This document shows positions 1 to 8,961 of a stretch of DNA of 64,000 nt, piece by piece. Made by a program: the position numbers and the translations under genes. Below the pieces are notes generated by a model, which was given only the letters and a program-made list of their open reading frames with translations, was not told the DNA's origin and ran no database searches. Every line of letters begins with the position of its first letter. The first letter of the stretch is position 1. This DNA comes from Actinomycetota bacterium (GTDB lineage: Bacteria; Actinomycetota; UBA4738; HRBIN12), in assembly GCA_040880745.1 (NCBI GenBank), contig JBBDHX010000010.1:93040-157039 (forward strand). The letters run 5' to 3'.

Positions 1-2161
1 TGTTGGCGACGCTCTCACCGATCCAGTTCGTGACCCGGTCGAAGACGTTCCCGTTCGGGTCGCCCTTCTGGAACACGAGCACGATCGCGCCGTAGGCGGC
101 ACCCACCGAGAGAAGGTTCATCACGATCGCCTTGGCCGGCACGACCAGAGAACGGAAGACGATGGTCAAAAGGACGAATGACAACATCAGCACCAACGCG
201 ATGATCCACGGCGTGTACTGATCTGAGATGTCGAAGAAATCCTTCACGAACGCGGTCTCGCCGCCAACCAGCACCATGGCGCCGCCGGTCTCAACGTTCG
301 TCGGCATCCCGAACGCGGCCGGGAGGTACTCCTCACGGAGCTGGCTGATCACGTCGATCGCTGCCTCGCCCTGGAAGTCCGCGGCTGCGCCGGCGAGCGC
401 GATGTCGATGACCGCGACGGTCCCATCGGGGCTCACGAGCGGCGGTGACACATCTCCGAGCGCCGGATCGTTGACGGTCGCCTGCGTCAGCGTATCGAGC
501 CCATCCTGGTAGACGGCCGAGAGTTGGCCCGGCGCACCGGGCTGCGCGCCCGCCGTGCCGACGCCGCCGTCATCAACCAACACCACCCGGGCCGGCGATT
601 CCAGACCGGACCTGGGGAAGTACTGGACCAGCGCATCGAACGCCTGCCTCGTGGGGATGTCGGCGGGGAGCGTCGTGATGCCCGAGAAACCCTCCTTGAA
701 ACCGCGGCCTTCGTCCTGCGGGTGCGCCTGGAACCAGAACGGCAGCGAAAGGGCGAGCAGGAAGATCGCCGCCAGGACGAGGCTCATGACGGGGCGGCCC
801 ATCACGACGCGGGTCGCGCGATCCCAGAACCCACCGTCGGTGCTGAGCGTGGACCCCATCGTGTCGAGCGACCCGTCGGGGTTCTTCTGCCGGGCCCACC
901 GGACCAACCCTCCCTTTCCACGCCGAACCCACTTCGTGATGGCGACGCCCGCACCCGCGAGAGCGGCGAGCGCGAGGGGCCCGACCACGCCGTCCGGGAG
1001 ACCGGCGATGGAGCCGATGAAGACGGCTCCGCCGACGGACACCGCGAGCACCAGCCAAGCCAGCAGGGTCGCACCGGTTCGGGTCCACGGCCAGTTGACC
1101 CAGTCGCCGAGGAGCGCCAACGCGGCGGGGAGCAGCGTCATCGAACCGACCACCGAGACGAGCACCACGATGATGGCCCCGCCTGCGAGGCTCCTGAAGA
1201 TGGTGGTCGGGACCAGGAGCATCCCGGCGAGCGCCAGCACCACCGTCATACCACTGAAGAACACGGCGCGGTTCGCCGTCGCACCCGAGCGTCCGATCGA
1301 CTCCAACTTGTCCTTGCCCGCGTGCCGTTCCTCACGGTTGCGGGAAACGATGAACAAGGCGTAGTCGATGCCGACCGCCAGACCCATCATCGAGACGAGG
1401 TTGGGGGCGAAGAACGAGAATCGCCAGACCTGCCCGAGCAGTCCCATGATCCCGAGGCTGACGGCGATCGCCACGCCGCCCATGACGATGGGTACGTACC
1501 CGGCGACCACCGATCCGAAGACGATGAGCAGCACCACGATGGCGGCCCCGACGCCGATGGATTCACCGAAGCGGAGGTCCTCCTCGGAGATCCGCTTGAA
1601 GTCCTCGGTGGACGACGACTGCCCTAGCATGAACACGGTGGCGCCGTCATCGGAGTTCGCGTCGCGGATCTCGGTGAGCAACTCGACGTTGTCGGCGGTC
1701 TCATCGACATCTCCGTGCAACGCCACCGTGAACAACACCGCCGCCCCATCCTCCGATCGGATCGGCCCGAACGCAGCGATCTGAGGGTTCGACGCGACAT
1801 CGTCCGGCAGCGGGAAGGCTGCGGGAACGAAATCGACGACGTCGGGTCCGAGGGCGCCGAGTTCGCCCAGGACCTCGTTCACGCGCTCGAGGAACGCCGG
1901 GGCCTCGATCGAACCCGGGCCCGACCCCGCGATCACGAATGTCTCAGTGATGAGGTCCGCGCTGAGGGCCTGCTCCTCCAAGATGGCCTCGGCGGCCTTG
2001 GCCTCGGGGTTGTTCGTGAAATCGAAGTCGGTCGTGAGCGCGGGCCCGAGGAGCGTCGCGGCCGAGGCGATGGCCCCGGCAAGGACCACGATCCATACGA
2101 CCACGGTACGCCACGGGTGGCGGCTGCTGGCACGGGCGAGCGTTTCTGGATTGAGCTTCAC
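1..2161 (-). CDS. MMPL/RND-superfamily membrane transporter (partial; the C-terminal end lies beyond the window start)
   Basis: It is absent from the ORF track because it has no stop codon inside the window. My reverse translation from the GTG at 2161 gives VKLNPETLARASSRHPWRTVVVWIVVLAGAIA... The frame stays open to position 1 and contains MMPL-type segments (LVSMMGLAVGIDYALFIVSRNREE; VVPAKAIVMNLLSVGAAYGAIVLVFQ). A divergent TetR gene is the usual partner. Confidence 0.85.
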   Translation of the reverse strand, partial: MKLNPETLARASSRHPWRTVVVWIVVLAGAIASAATLLGPALTTDFDFTNNPEAKAAEAILEEQALSADLITETFVIAGSGPGSIEAPAFLERVNEVLGELGALGPDVVDFVPAAFPLPDDVASNPQIAAFGPIRSEDGAAVLFTVALHGDVDETADNVELLTEIRDANSDDGATVFMLGQSSSTEDFKRISEEDLRFGESIGVGAAIVVLLIVFGSVVAGYVPIVMGGVAIAVSLGIMGLLGQVWRFSFFAPNLVSMMGLAVGIDYALFIVSRNREERHAGKDKLESIGRSGATANRAVFFSGMTVVLALAGMLLVPTTIFRSLAGGAIIVVLVSVVGSMTLLPAALALLGDWVNWPWTRTGATLLAWLVLAVSVGGAVFIGSIAGLPDGVVGPLALAALAGAGVAITKWVRRGKGGLVRWARQKNPDGSLDTMGSTLSTDGGFWDRATRVVMGRPVMSLVLAAIFLLALSLPFWFQAHPQDEGRGFKEGFSGITTLPADIPTRQAFDALVQYFPRSGLESPARVVLVDDGGVGTAGAQPGAPGQLSAVYQDGLDTLTQATVNDPALGDVSPPLVSPDGTVAVIDIALAGAAADFQGEAAIDVISQLREEYLPAAFGMPTNVETGGAMVLVGGETAFVKDFFDISDQYTPWIIALVLMLSFVLLTIVFRSLVVPAKAIVMNLLSVGAAYGAIVLVFQKGDPNGNVFDRVTNWIGESVAN

Positions 2162-2208
2162 TCCGGTCCCCCTTCGCGGCGGCGCGGCCATCGGCCGCAC
2201 CTTGACGT

Positions 2209-2228
2209 ACGGTGTACGCTTACACTGT
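2209..2228. promoter_or_regulatory. Candidate TetR operator: near-perfect palindrome ACGGTGTA-CGCT-TACACTGT
   Basis: An 8-4-8 inverted repeat with one mismatch sits in the 120-nt MMPL/TetR divergent intergenic region. A related half-site, GGTGTACGC, recurs at 2243-2251. Confidence 0.5.
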
Positions 2229-2281
2229 AGACGTGGAGCTTAGGTGTACGCCGTAAGCCTGTCAACCCCTGGGAGCAACAT

Positions 2282-2953
2282 ATGACCATCACCGAGAAAA
2301 CCCGCCTTCCCCTCTCGCGAGATCGGGTGGTCGAAGCCGCGCTCCGCGTGATGGATGCCGAGGGGCTGGAGGCCGTTTCGATGCGGCGCGTCGCGCGCGA
2401 GTTGGGTGTGGAGGCCATGTCCCTGTATCACCACATCGAGGACAAAGGCGACCTGCTCGACGGACTCTGTTCGGCCGTCATGCGCGATTTCCGCTACCCC
2501 GAGGATCGCAGCGACTGGACGGCCACCGCGCGCTTCGCAGCCAACGAATGGAGGCGCGTCCTCAAGGCTCACCCGAACGTCATCTCGGTCTTCGCGGGTC
2601 GACGCAAGCCGATGACGGACGTCGACGCGCTCGGACCGATGGAGTTCGCGCTCGAGACGATCGGTCGTGCCGGGATCGAGGGCCGCGACGCCGTTTACGC
2701 CTTCAACGTGATGGGCGGCTACATCATGGGGTTCGTGATGATGGAGGTCGGGCAGATGTTCGGCGCCGGCAGCTTGGATACCGCGTACCCCGACCCCGCC
2801 GCCGTCGCGCAAGCATTGCCGGCCGACCGCGTGCCTTCCATCATCGCGGCGCTCCCGCACATGGCCGAGTGCGATCCCGACGCGCAGTTCGACTTCGGGC
2901 TTGAGCTCCTGCTGGCCGGGTTGGTCACGCGTTTCGGTTCAGACCAGGCCTAG
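2282..2953 (+). CDS. TetR/AcrR-family transcriptional regulator
   Basis: The N-terminal HTH is LSRDRVVEAALRVMDAEGLEAVSMRRVARELGVEAMSLYHHIEDKGDLL. It is divergent from the MMPL gene. Its 3' end overlaps the convergent kbl by 15 nt. Confidence 0.9.
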   Translation: MTITEKTRLPLSRDRVVEAALRVMDAEGLEAVSMRRVARELGVEAMSLYHHIEDKGDLLDGLCSAVMRDFRYPEDRSDWTATARFAANEWRRVLKAHPNVISVFAGRRKPMTDVDALGPMEFALETIGRAGIEGRDAVYAFNVMGGYIMGFVMMEVGQMFGAGSLDTAYPDPAAVAQALPADRVPSIIAALPHMAECDPDAQFDFGLELLLAGLVTRFGSDQA

Positions 2954-4117
2954 CTCCGCGCCGACCCGGCCGAAGACCTCGAGCGCCTCTCGGAGGTCCT
3001 CGTCGGTGTGATCGGCCGTGACGATGGTGCGGATGCGGGCCGACCCCTTGCCGACCGTCGGGAAGACGATGGCGGGAGCGAACACCCCTTCCTCGAAGAG
3101 ACGACGTGCGAACGTCTGCGTCGCTTCCTCGTCTCCCGTGATCACCGGGGTGATCGGCGTCTCGGACGCGCCCGTGTCGAACCCCGCGGCATGGAGTCCC
3201 TCCTTGAACACCGATGTGTTCGACCACAGCCGCGCGAGTCGTTCGGGTTCCTCGCGGAGCACATCCAGCGCCTCGATGCAGGCCGCCACCACGGCGGGCG
3301 GCGCGCTCGTGGAGAAGAGGTACGGACGCCCGCGGTTCTGGAGCCACTCGATCAGGTGGGCAGGGCCGGCGATGAACCCGCCGAGCACACCGATCGCCTT
3401 CGACAGCGTCCCGACCTGGATGTGCACGCGCCCGTGCACGCCGAAGTGATCCACGGTCCCGGCACCGCCCGCACCGAGCACGCCGCTCGCATGCGCGTCG
3501 TCGACCATCATGATCGCGCCGTGACGTTCGGCGACCTCCACCAGGGCGGGTAAGGGCGCGATATCCCCATCCATCGAGAACACGCCGTCGGTGATCAACA
3601 AGCGTCGCGCGGCGCCTTCGTGCTCGCGCAACAACCTGTCGGCATGGTCGGCATCCTTGTGCTCGAACACGGCGATCCGCGCACGGGACAGCCGCGCACC
3701 GTCGATGATCGAGGCGTGGTTGAGTCTGTCGCTCACGATCACATCGTCCTTCGTGAGGATGGCGGCCACCGTCCCCGCGTTGGCGGCGAAACCCGACTGG
3801 AACATCACCGCGGCCGCGGCGTGCTTGAACGCCGAGAACCGCTCCTCGAGCGTGCGATGCAGGGTCATCTGGCCCGCGATCGTGCGCACCGCACCTGAGC
3901 CGGCCCCCAGCGTCCGCGCGGCTTCCGCTGCAGCTTCGGCGAGGCGTGGATGGTTCGCGAGTCCGAGGTAGTTGTTCGACGCGAGGTTGATCACGTCGCG
4001 GCCGTCGAATCGGGCCCGCGCCCCGGTCGGACCCTCGAGGGTCCGCGGGTGCAGCAGCAGGTCCTGCGCGCGCAGTTCGTCGAGTTCCGTGCGCAGGTAT
4101 GCCAGGGGGTCAGACAT
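2939..4117 (-). CDS. kbl: 2-amino-3-ketobutyrate CoA ligase (glycine C-acetyltransferase), PLP-dependent
   Basis: The track ORF 2939..4549 is over-extended. The ATG at 4117 is preceded by GGAGGAG. The product starts MSDPLAYLRTELDEL and carries NNYLGLANHP, DDAHASGVLG and the PLP-lysine context GTLSKAIG. tdh is nearby. Confidence 0.92.
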   Translation of the reverse strand: MSDPLAYLRTELDELRAQDLLLHPRTLEGPTGARARFDGRDVINLASNNYLGLANHPRLAEAAAEAARTLGAGSGAVRTIAGQMTLHRTLEERFSAFKHAAAAVMFQSGFAANAGTVAAILTKDDVIVSDRLNHASIIDGARLSRARIAVFEHKDADHADRLLREHEGAARRLLITDGVFSMDGDIAPLPALVEVAERHGAIMMVDDAHASGVLGAGGAGTVDHFGVHGRVHIQVGTLSKAIGVLGGFIAGPAHLIEWLQNRGRPYLFSTSAPPAVVAACIEALDVLREEPERLARLWSNTSVFKEGLHAAGFDTGASETPITPVITGDEEATQTFARRLFEEGVFAPAIVFPTVGKGSARIRTIVTADHTDEDLREALEVFGRVGAELGLV

Positions 4118-4151
4118 CGCTCCTCCTCGGCCGGGAACCCTACCCCGTAGG

Positions 4152-4595
4152 ATGCGGCACGTGGAGGTCGACGCGTTCCTCGCAGATTCGGTCCAGGCCT
4201 CCGGCGGCAAGTTGCATGCGCTCGGCGTTGGATGGCGAGCGATCGTGGTCCAAGGACTCCCCGCCCGCCACGACCGGATCGGGATCGGCGTCCTGATCCG
4301 CACCGCGCCGGCCGAAGCGGGCGCGCACCGGCTCCTACTGTCCCTGCTCAACCCGGGAGGCGACTCGCACCCCTTCGGACCGGGCCGCAACGCACTCGAC
4401 GCGCAGTTCCAGGCTCCGGCGGGCGAAGGAACCGCCACCCTCGCGCTCAACCTCGACGGGGTCGTCTTCGAGACCGAGGGCCTGTACACGCTCGTGCTGG
4501 GGGTCGATGACCGCGAGGTCGCCCGTCTGCCGTTCCGGGTCCAGACCAAACCAGAGCCGCCCGCCTCGGAAGTCCGTACCGGCGTGTACCTCTAA
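4152..4595 (+). CDS. Hypothetical 147-aa soluble protein (conserved-DUF-like), encoded opposite to and between kbl and tdh
   Basis: It starts at the ATG at 4152 (MRHVEVDAFLADSVQASGGKLHALGVGW...). By hand count, about 5 of every 6 codons end in G/C, which is a strong coding signature for this genome. Its stop TAA (4593-4595) overlaps the tdh stop. Confidence 0.6.
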   Translation: MRHVEVDAFLADSVQASGGKLHALGVGWRAIVVQGLPARHDRIGIGVLIRTAPAEAGAHRLLLSLLNPGGDSHPFGPGRNALDAQFQAPAGEGTATLALNLDGVVFETEGLYTLVLGVDDREVARLPFRVQTKPEPPASEVRTGVYL

Positions 4596-5650
4596 GGCTG
4601 CAGGATCACCTTGCCGGACGTGCCGGAGGCGGTCCTCGCGAACGCCTCCGCGAACCGATCCAGAGCGAAGCGGTCGGTGATCACGGGGGTCACATCCACG
4701 CGGCCCGTGGACAGCAGTGTCGTGGTCTGCTGCCACGTCCGGAACATCTCGCGGCCGGTGATCCCCTGCACCCTCGCTTCTTTGAAGATCACCTGGTCGT
4801 TGAGGTCGAGCGAGACCGGCCCGTCGGCGAGACCGAGCAGCGAGATGCGGCCCCCGCGTGCAAGCATCCTCGTGCCTTGGCCGATCGCCTCGGCGTTGCC
4901 GCTCATCTCCAGCACGACCTCGGCTCCCTGCCCCCCGGTCGCCTCCATCACGGCGGCGACGGGGTCGGTCACGGAAGGATCGACGACGAGGTCTGCTCCC
5001 ATCTCGGTGGCCTTCGCGCGACGGTAAGGGTTGGGTTCGATCGCGATCACTTTCCACGCCCCGAGCGACCGCGTGACCCCGATGGCGAACAACCCGATCG
5101 GCCCGCACCCGATCACGACGACCGGGTTCGTGGCGATGTCCTCCCCGCCCCCCGAACCGAACGCCGCGTGCACGGCGTTGCCGAACGGCTCCATGATCGA
5201 TGCCACGTCCGGGTCGATGCCCGGACCCACGACCCAGGCGTTGTGAGCCGGCACCACGACGAACTCGGCGAACGCGCCGTCGGTGTCGACCCCGAGGATC
5301 CGTAGGTTCTCGCAGATGTGCTCCCGGCCCGTTCGGCATGGCGAGCAGGTCCGGCACGCGATGTGGGTCTCGGCGGCCACGAACGCCCCGGGGGCCACAT
5401 GGTGGACCTCGGACCCGACGGCTTCGACCGTGCCAGCCATCTCGTGGCCGAACGTCATGGGGACCCGGCCGATCCTTCGATCAGCCCACTCGTTCCAGTC
5501 GTAGATGTGCAGATCCGTGCCGCAGATGGACGCGCCGTGCACCCGCACGAGAACCTCGCCCTCGGCGGGGACCGGGACCGGTACCTGCACGAGTTCGGCT
5601 CCGGGAGCCCGCGCCGTCTTGCGGAGCGCCGCCATGGTCGAAGGCGTCAT
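4592..5650 (-). CDS. tdh: L-threonine 3-dehydrogenase (Zn-dependent MDR family)
   Basis: Motifs seen: ICGTDLHIY, GHEMAG, the structural-Zn cysteine cluster CRTCSPCRTGREHIC, and the Rossmann motif VIGCGPIG. Its metabolic partner kbl is 0.5 kb away. Confidence 0.92.
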   Translation of the reverse strand: MTPSTMAALRKTARAPGAELVQVPVPVPAEGEVLVRVHGASICGTDLHIYDWNEWADRRIGRVPMTFGHEMAGTVEAVGSEVHHVAPGAFVAAETHIACRTCSPCRTGREHICENLRILGVDTDGAFAEFVVVPAHNAWVVGPGIDPDVASIMEPFGNAVHAAFGSGGGEDIATNPVVVIGCGPIGLFAIGVTRSLGAWKVIAIEPNPYRRAKATEMGADLVVDPSVTDPVAAVMEATGGQGAEVVLEMSGNAEAIGQGTRMLARGGRISLLGLADGPVSLDLNDQVIFKEARVQGITGREMFRTWQQTTTLLSTGRVDVTPVITDRFALDRFAEAFARTASGTSGKVILQP

Positions 5651-5756
5651 GACCGGAGGCTACCGTGGGCGCCGGGAACCCCGCCGGGTGACGCCCCCGT
5701 CCAGGGCACGACGGCCCCGGTCCGGCGGCCGGCACCACGGAGCGAAGGAGAACGCC

Positions 5757-6629
5757 ATGTCGAAGCGGATCTGGGCCCCGATCGCGGTGCTGATGCTCAC
5801 GTTGAGCGCATGCGCCGATGCCACCCCCGCCCAGCCAGGCGCTGGGATCGACCATCCGACCGGTTCGGACGAACCCATCCTCGTGTTCAGCTACGAAGGC
5901 GGATTCGTCCCGACGGAGTACCTGTACACGAGCGTGCCGGTCTTCGCGCTCTACGGTGACGGAACGCTCGTCGTCCAGGGCGCTCAGATCGAGATCTACC
6001 CGGGCCCGGCACTCCCCCCCATGATCGCCCGGACGATCACCGAAGACGGGATCCAGGCGATCCTCCGTGCAGCACTCGACGCCGGATCGGACCGAGACGG
6101 CGACTACTCCGACCTGGGGCAGATGGGGATCGCCGACGCGGGGACCGCGCGCTTCGAGCTCACCGTCGACGGACGAACCCACGTGGTCACGGCGTACGCC
6201 CTCGGTATGGAAGGCACGCAGCAGACCGGACAGCCCGATGACATGTGGGAGATGCGCCAGTCCCTGCAGCGCTTGCAGGAGCAGCTCGTCGTTCTCGACT
6301 GGCTCCCGGCGGGCTCGGTCGGACAGGAGGGTGCCTACGTCGCCAACGCGGCCCGTCTGCTCGTGGGTCCGTACGCACCCGACGATCAACTGCGCCAGGA
6401 CCCCGCCGACTGGCCGCTCGCCGGGTCTCTGGCTCGGTTCGGGGAGCCAACGGATCTCCTCGGGGATGGCTGGCGCTGCGGTGAGGTTGCCGGCGATGAC
6501 TGGACGGCGGTGCATGCGCTCGCGGTGGAGGCGAACCAGCTCACGCCGTGGGTGAGCAGGGGCGATCGCTACCGGATCGTCTTCCGGCCGCTCCTGCCCG
6601 ACGAGCACGGTTGCGACGTCGGCGCCTAG
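5757..6629 (+). CDS. Lipoprotein of unknown function
   Basis: The ATG at 5757 is preceded by GAAGGAG. The signal peptide with lipobox is MSKRIWAPIAVLMLTLSAC. The track ORF 5505..6629 is over-extended. Confidence 0.7.
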   Translation: MSKRIWAPIAVLMLTLSACADATPAQPGAGIDHPTGSDEPILVFSYEGGFVPTEYLYTSVPVFALYGDGTLVVQGAQIEIYPGPALPPMIARTITEDGIQAILRAALDAGSDRDGDYSDLGQMGIADAGTARFELTVDGRTHVVTAYALGMEGTQQTGQPDDMWEMRQSLQRLQEQLVVLDWLPAGSVGQEGAYVANAARLLVGPYAPDDQLRQDPADWPLAGSLARFGEPTDLLGDGWRCGEVAGDDWTAVHALAVEANQLTPWVSRGDRYRIVFRPLLPDEHGCDVGA

Positions 6630-6729
6630 GTCTACCTCGCAAGGGAGCCAAACGGTTTCGCTCCGCTCAAGGGGCGCGGACGACCATCCGATACATGGGG
6701 CAGAGCCCACCCCCGTTCCAGGAGCGCCG

Positions 6730-8955
6730 ATGGACCGCAGCCCAGACGCTGAGCCGACCGCAGATCCGCACGCCATCGAGACCGGCTTCTTCGCGCGCGC
6801 CGAGGCCGAAGGCGCGAACGAGGCGCTCGCGGAGCTCGAGGCTCGCTACCGAGGTCTGATCGACCACCTCCCGGCGGTCGTCTACATCGACGGTGTCGGC
6901 GACGGCGACCACAGGATCGACATCAGCCCCGGGATCAGCGCGCTGCTGGGGATCGGTCGCGACATGTGGCTCTCGGAGTTCATGGCGTGGGAGCAGATCG
7001 TGCACCCCGATGACCGCGACCGTGTCCTCGCGGCCTCAGCGGAGGCCGTATCGAGCGGCGAGGATTTCCGCATCCAGTACCGGGCCATCCATGCGGACGG
7101 CCACGACGTCTGGATCCGCGAAGAGGCGGTGCTGGTGCGCGATGACGCCGAGGTGCCGCTGTACTGGCTGGGGCTCATGCTCGACGTGGGCGAGCTCGTT
7201 TCCACCCAGGTCGGCCTGCGGGCTGCGCAGGAGCAGTACGGCGCTCTCGTGGAGCAGATCCCCGCGATCGTCTACGTCGACGTCGCGGACGGGTCATGGA
7301 TGACCACCTACGTCAGCCCGCAGATCGAGGAGATCCTCGGAGTCGCGCCCGAGACCTACCGCGCGAACCCCGACCTGTGGGCGCGGATGCTGCATCCCGA
7401 GGATCGCGAACGCGCCATCGACGCGTACGAACGAGGACGCGACTCCGGTGTGGCCTTCTCGATGGAGTATCGGCTCATCGGCTCCGACGGTCGCATCGTG
7501 TGGTTCCAGGACAGTGCACTCGTTCTGCCGGGTCCCACCGGCGCGCCGGCGTTCATCCAGGGCGTGATGCTGGACATCACCGAGCGCAAGGCTGCCGAGG
7601 ACCGCCTGGCGTATCTGGCCTACCACGACAACCTCACGGACATGCCGAACAAGGCGATGTTCGACGAGCTCTTGGACCTGGCTCTCGCACGGGCACGTCG
7701 CAACGACCGAGGGGTCGCGGTCCTGGCGCTCGACGTCGACAACTTCAAGCTCGTGAACGACTCGCTCGGCCACGAGGCGGGCGACCGGCTGATCCGCATG
7801 GTGGCGGACCGGCTGCGCGAAGACACGCGCGAGATGGACCTGATGGCCCGCCAGGGAGGCGACGAGTTCCTGCTGCTCCTGGGGGACATCGACCCCACGT
7901 CGCCCCTCGCAGATACCGACGGCGTGACCATCGCGGCCGAGTCCGTCGCCCACCGTGTGCAGCAGGCACTTTCCCAACCATTCACGGTCGACGGCACCGA
8001 GCTGTACATCACGGCTTCGATCGGGATCGCGCTCTACCCGCGCGACGGTGAGGACGCGGGGGACCTCCTGCGCAACGCCGACGCAGCGATGTTCCGAGCG
8101 AAGACGACGGGGCCCGGGCATTTCATGTTCCACGAGCGTGAGGGCTCCAACGCCTTGTCGAAGTTGTCGATGTCCACCCGCCTGCGCAAGGCGGTCGAGC
8201 AGAAGGTCTGGCGCCTGCACTACCAGCCGCTCGTCGACCTGCACGACGGCTCGATGTTCGGCGTGGAGGCGTTGATCCGCTGGCCCGGACCCAACGGCGG
8301 CCTCACGCCGCCCGGGGAGTTCATCCCGCTCGCAGAGGAGATGGGTCTCATCGATGAGATCGGGGAGTGGGTCGTCGAGGAGATCTGCCGTCAGGACGCG
8401 GAATGGCGGGCGCAGGGCATCGAGCTGGAGATCGGCTTCAATCTCTCGCCGCGCCAACTGTCGCAGGCAGACCCCGTGAACCGGATCGCCGACCTCATCC
8501 TGGCCGAGGGCATGGATCCCTCCCGCGTCACCGTCGAGATCACCGAGTCGACAGCGATGCACGATCCCGACCGGATCATCGAGCTGCTCCGTGGCTTCAA
8601 GGATCGAGGTCTGCAGCTGGCCATCGACGACTTCGGCACGGGGTACTCATCGCTCTCGCGGCTGCGCTACATGCCCGTCGACGTGCTCAAGATCGACCGC
8701 ACCTTCATCCGCGAGGTGAACGCCGACGCGCAGAGCGCCAGCATGGTCTCGGCGATCATCGCCCTCGCGAACAACCTGGGCATGCAGCCCCTCGCCGAGG
8801 GTATCGAGACGGTCGAGGAGTGGGAGTTCCTGGCGGACCGAGGGTGCGCCTTCGGCCAGGGCTACTACTTTTCACGGCCCGTCCCGGCGGAGGAGATCAC
8901 CGCGCTGCACCAGCGAAGCAGCATCCGTCTGGTCGACGGCGGCCTCGCGAGTTAG
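6730..8955 (+). CDS. PAS-PAS-GGDEF-EAL c-di-GMP turnover protein (both catalytic motifs look intact)
   Basis: An AGGAG lies 5 nt upstream of the ATG. There are two PAS-like blocks (HPDDRDRV..., HPEDRERA...). The I-site REMD is followed by an intact GGDEF (ARQGGDEFLLL). The EAL domain shows GVEALIRW, DDFGTGYSS, KIDRTF, EGIE and GQGYYF. Confidence 0.92.
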   Translation: MDRSPDAEPTADPHAIETGFFARAEAEGANEALAELEARYRGLIDHLPAVVYIDGVGDGDHRIDISPGISALLGIGRDMWLSEFMAWEQIVHPDDRDRVLAASAEAVSSGEDFRIQYRAIHADGHDVWIREEAVLVRDDAEVPLYWLGLMLDVGELVSTQVGLRAAQEQYGALVEQIPAIVYVDVADGSWMTTYVSPQIEEILGVAPETYRANPDLWARMLHPEDRERAIDAYERGRDSGVAFSMEYRLIGSDGRIVWFQDSALVLPGPTGAPAFIQGVMLDITERKAAEDRLAYLAYHDNLTDMPNKAMFDELLDLALARARRNDRGVAVLALDVDNFKLVNDSLGHEAGDRLIRMVADRLREDTREMDLMARQGGDEFLLLLGDIDPTSPLADTDGVTIAAESVAHRVQQALSQPFTVDGTELYITASIGIALYPRDGEDAGDLLRNADAAMFRAKTTGPGHFMFHEREGSNALSKLSMSTRLRKAVEQKVWRLHYQPLVDLHDGSMFGVEALIRWPGPNGGLTPPGEFIPLAEEMGLIDEIGEWVVEEICRQDAEWRAQGIELEIGFNLSPRQLSQADPVNRIADLILAEGMDPSRVTVEITESTAMHDPDRIIELLRGFKDRGLQLAIDDFGTGYSSLSRLRYMPVDVLKIDRTFIREVNADAQSASMVSAIIALANNLGMQPLAEGIETVEEWEFLADRGCAFGQGYYFSRPVPAEEITALHQRSSIRLVDGGLAS

Positions 8956-8961
8956 GACGAC

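Noticed and set aside
4592-4595. Overlapping stop codons or 3' ends of convergent genes (tdh/147-aa ORF; TetR/kbl at 2939-2953; receiver/LytR_C at 46349-46352), considered as possible recoding or fusion sites.
   Set aside because: Each partner has its own in-frame stop and a complete domain set. Short convergent overlaps are simply a sign of tight packing in this genome.
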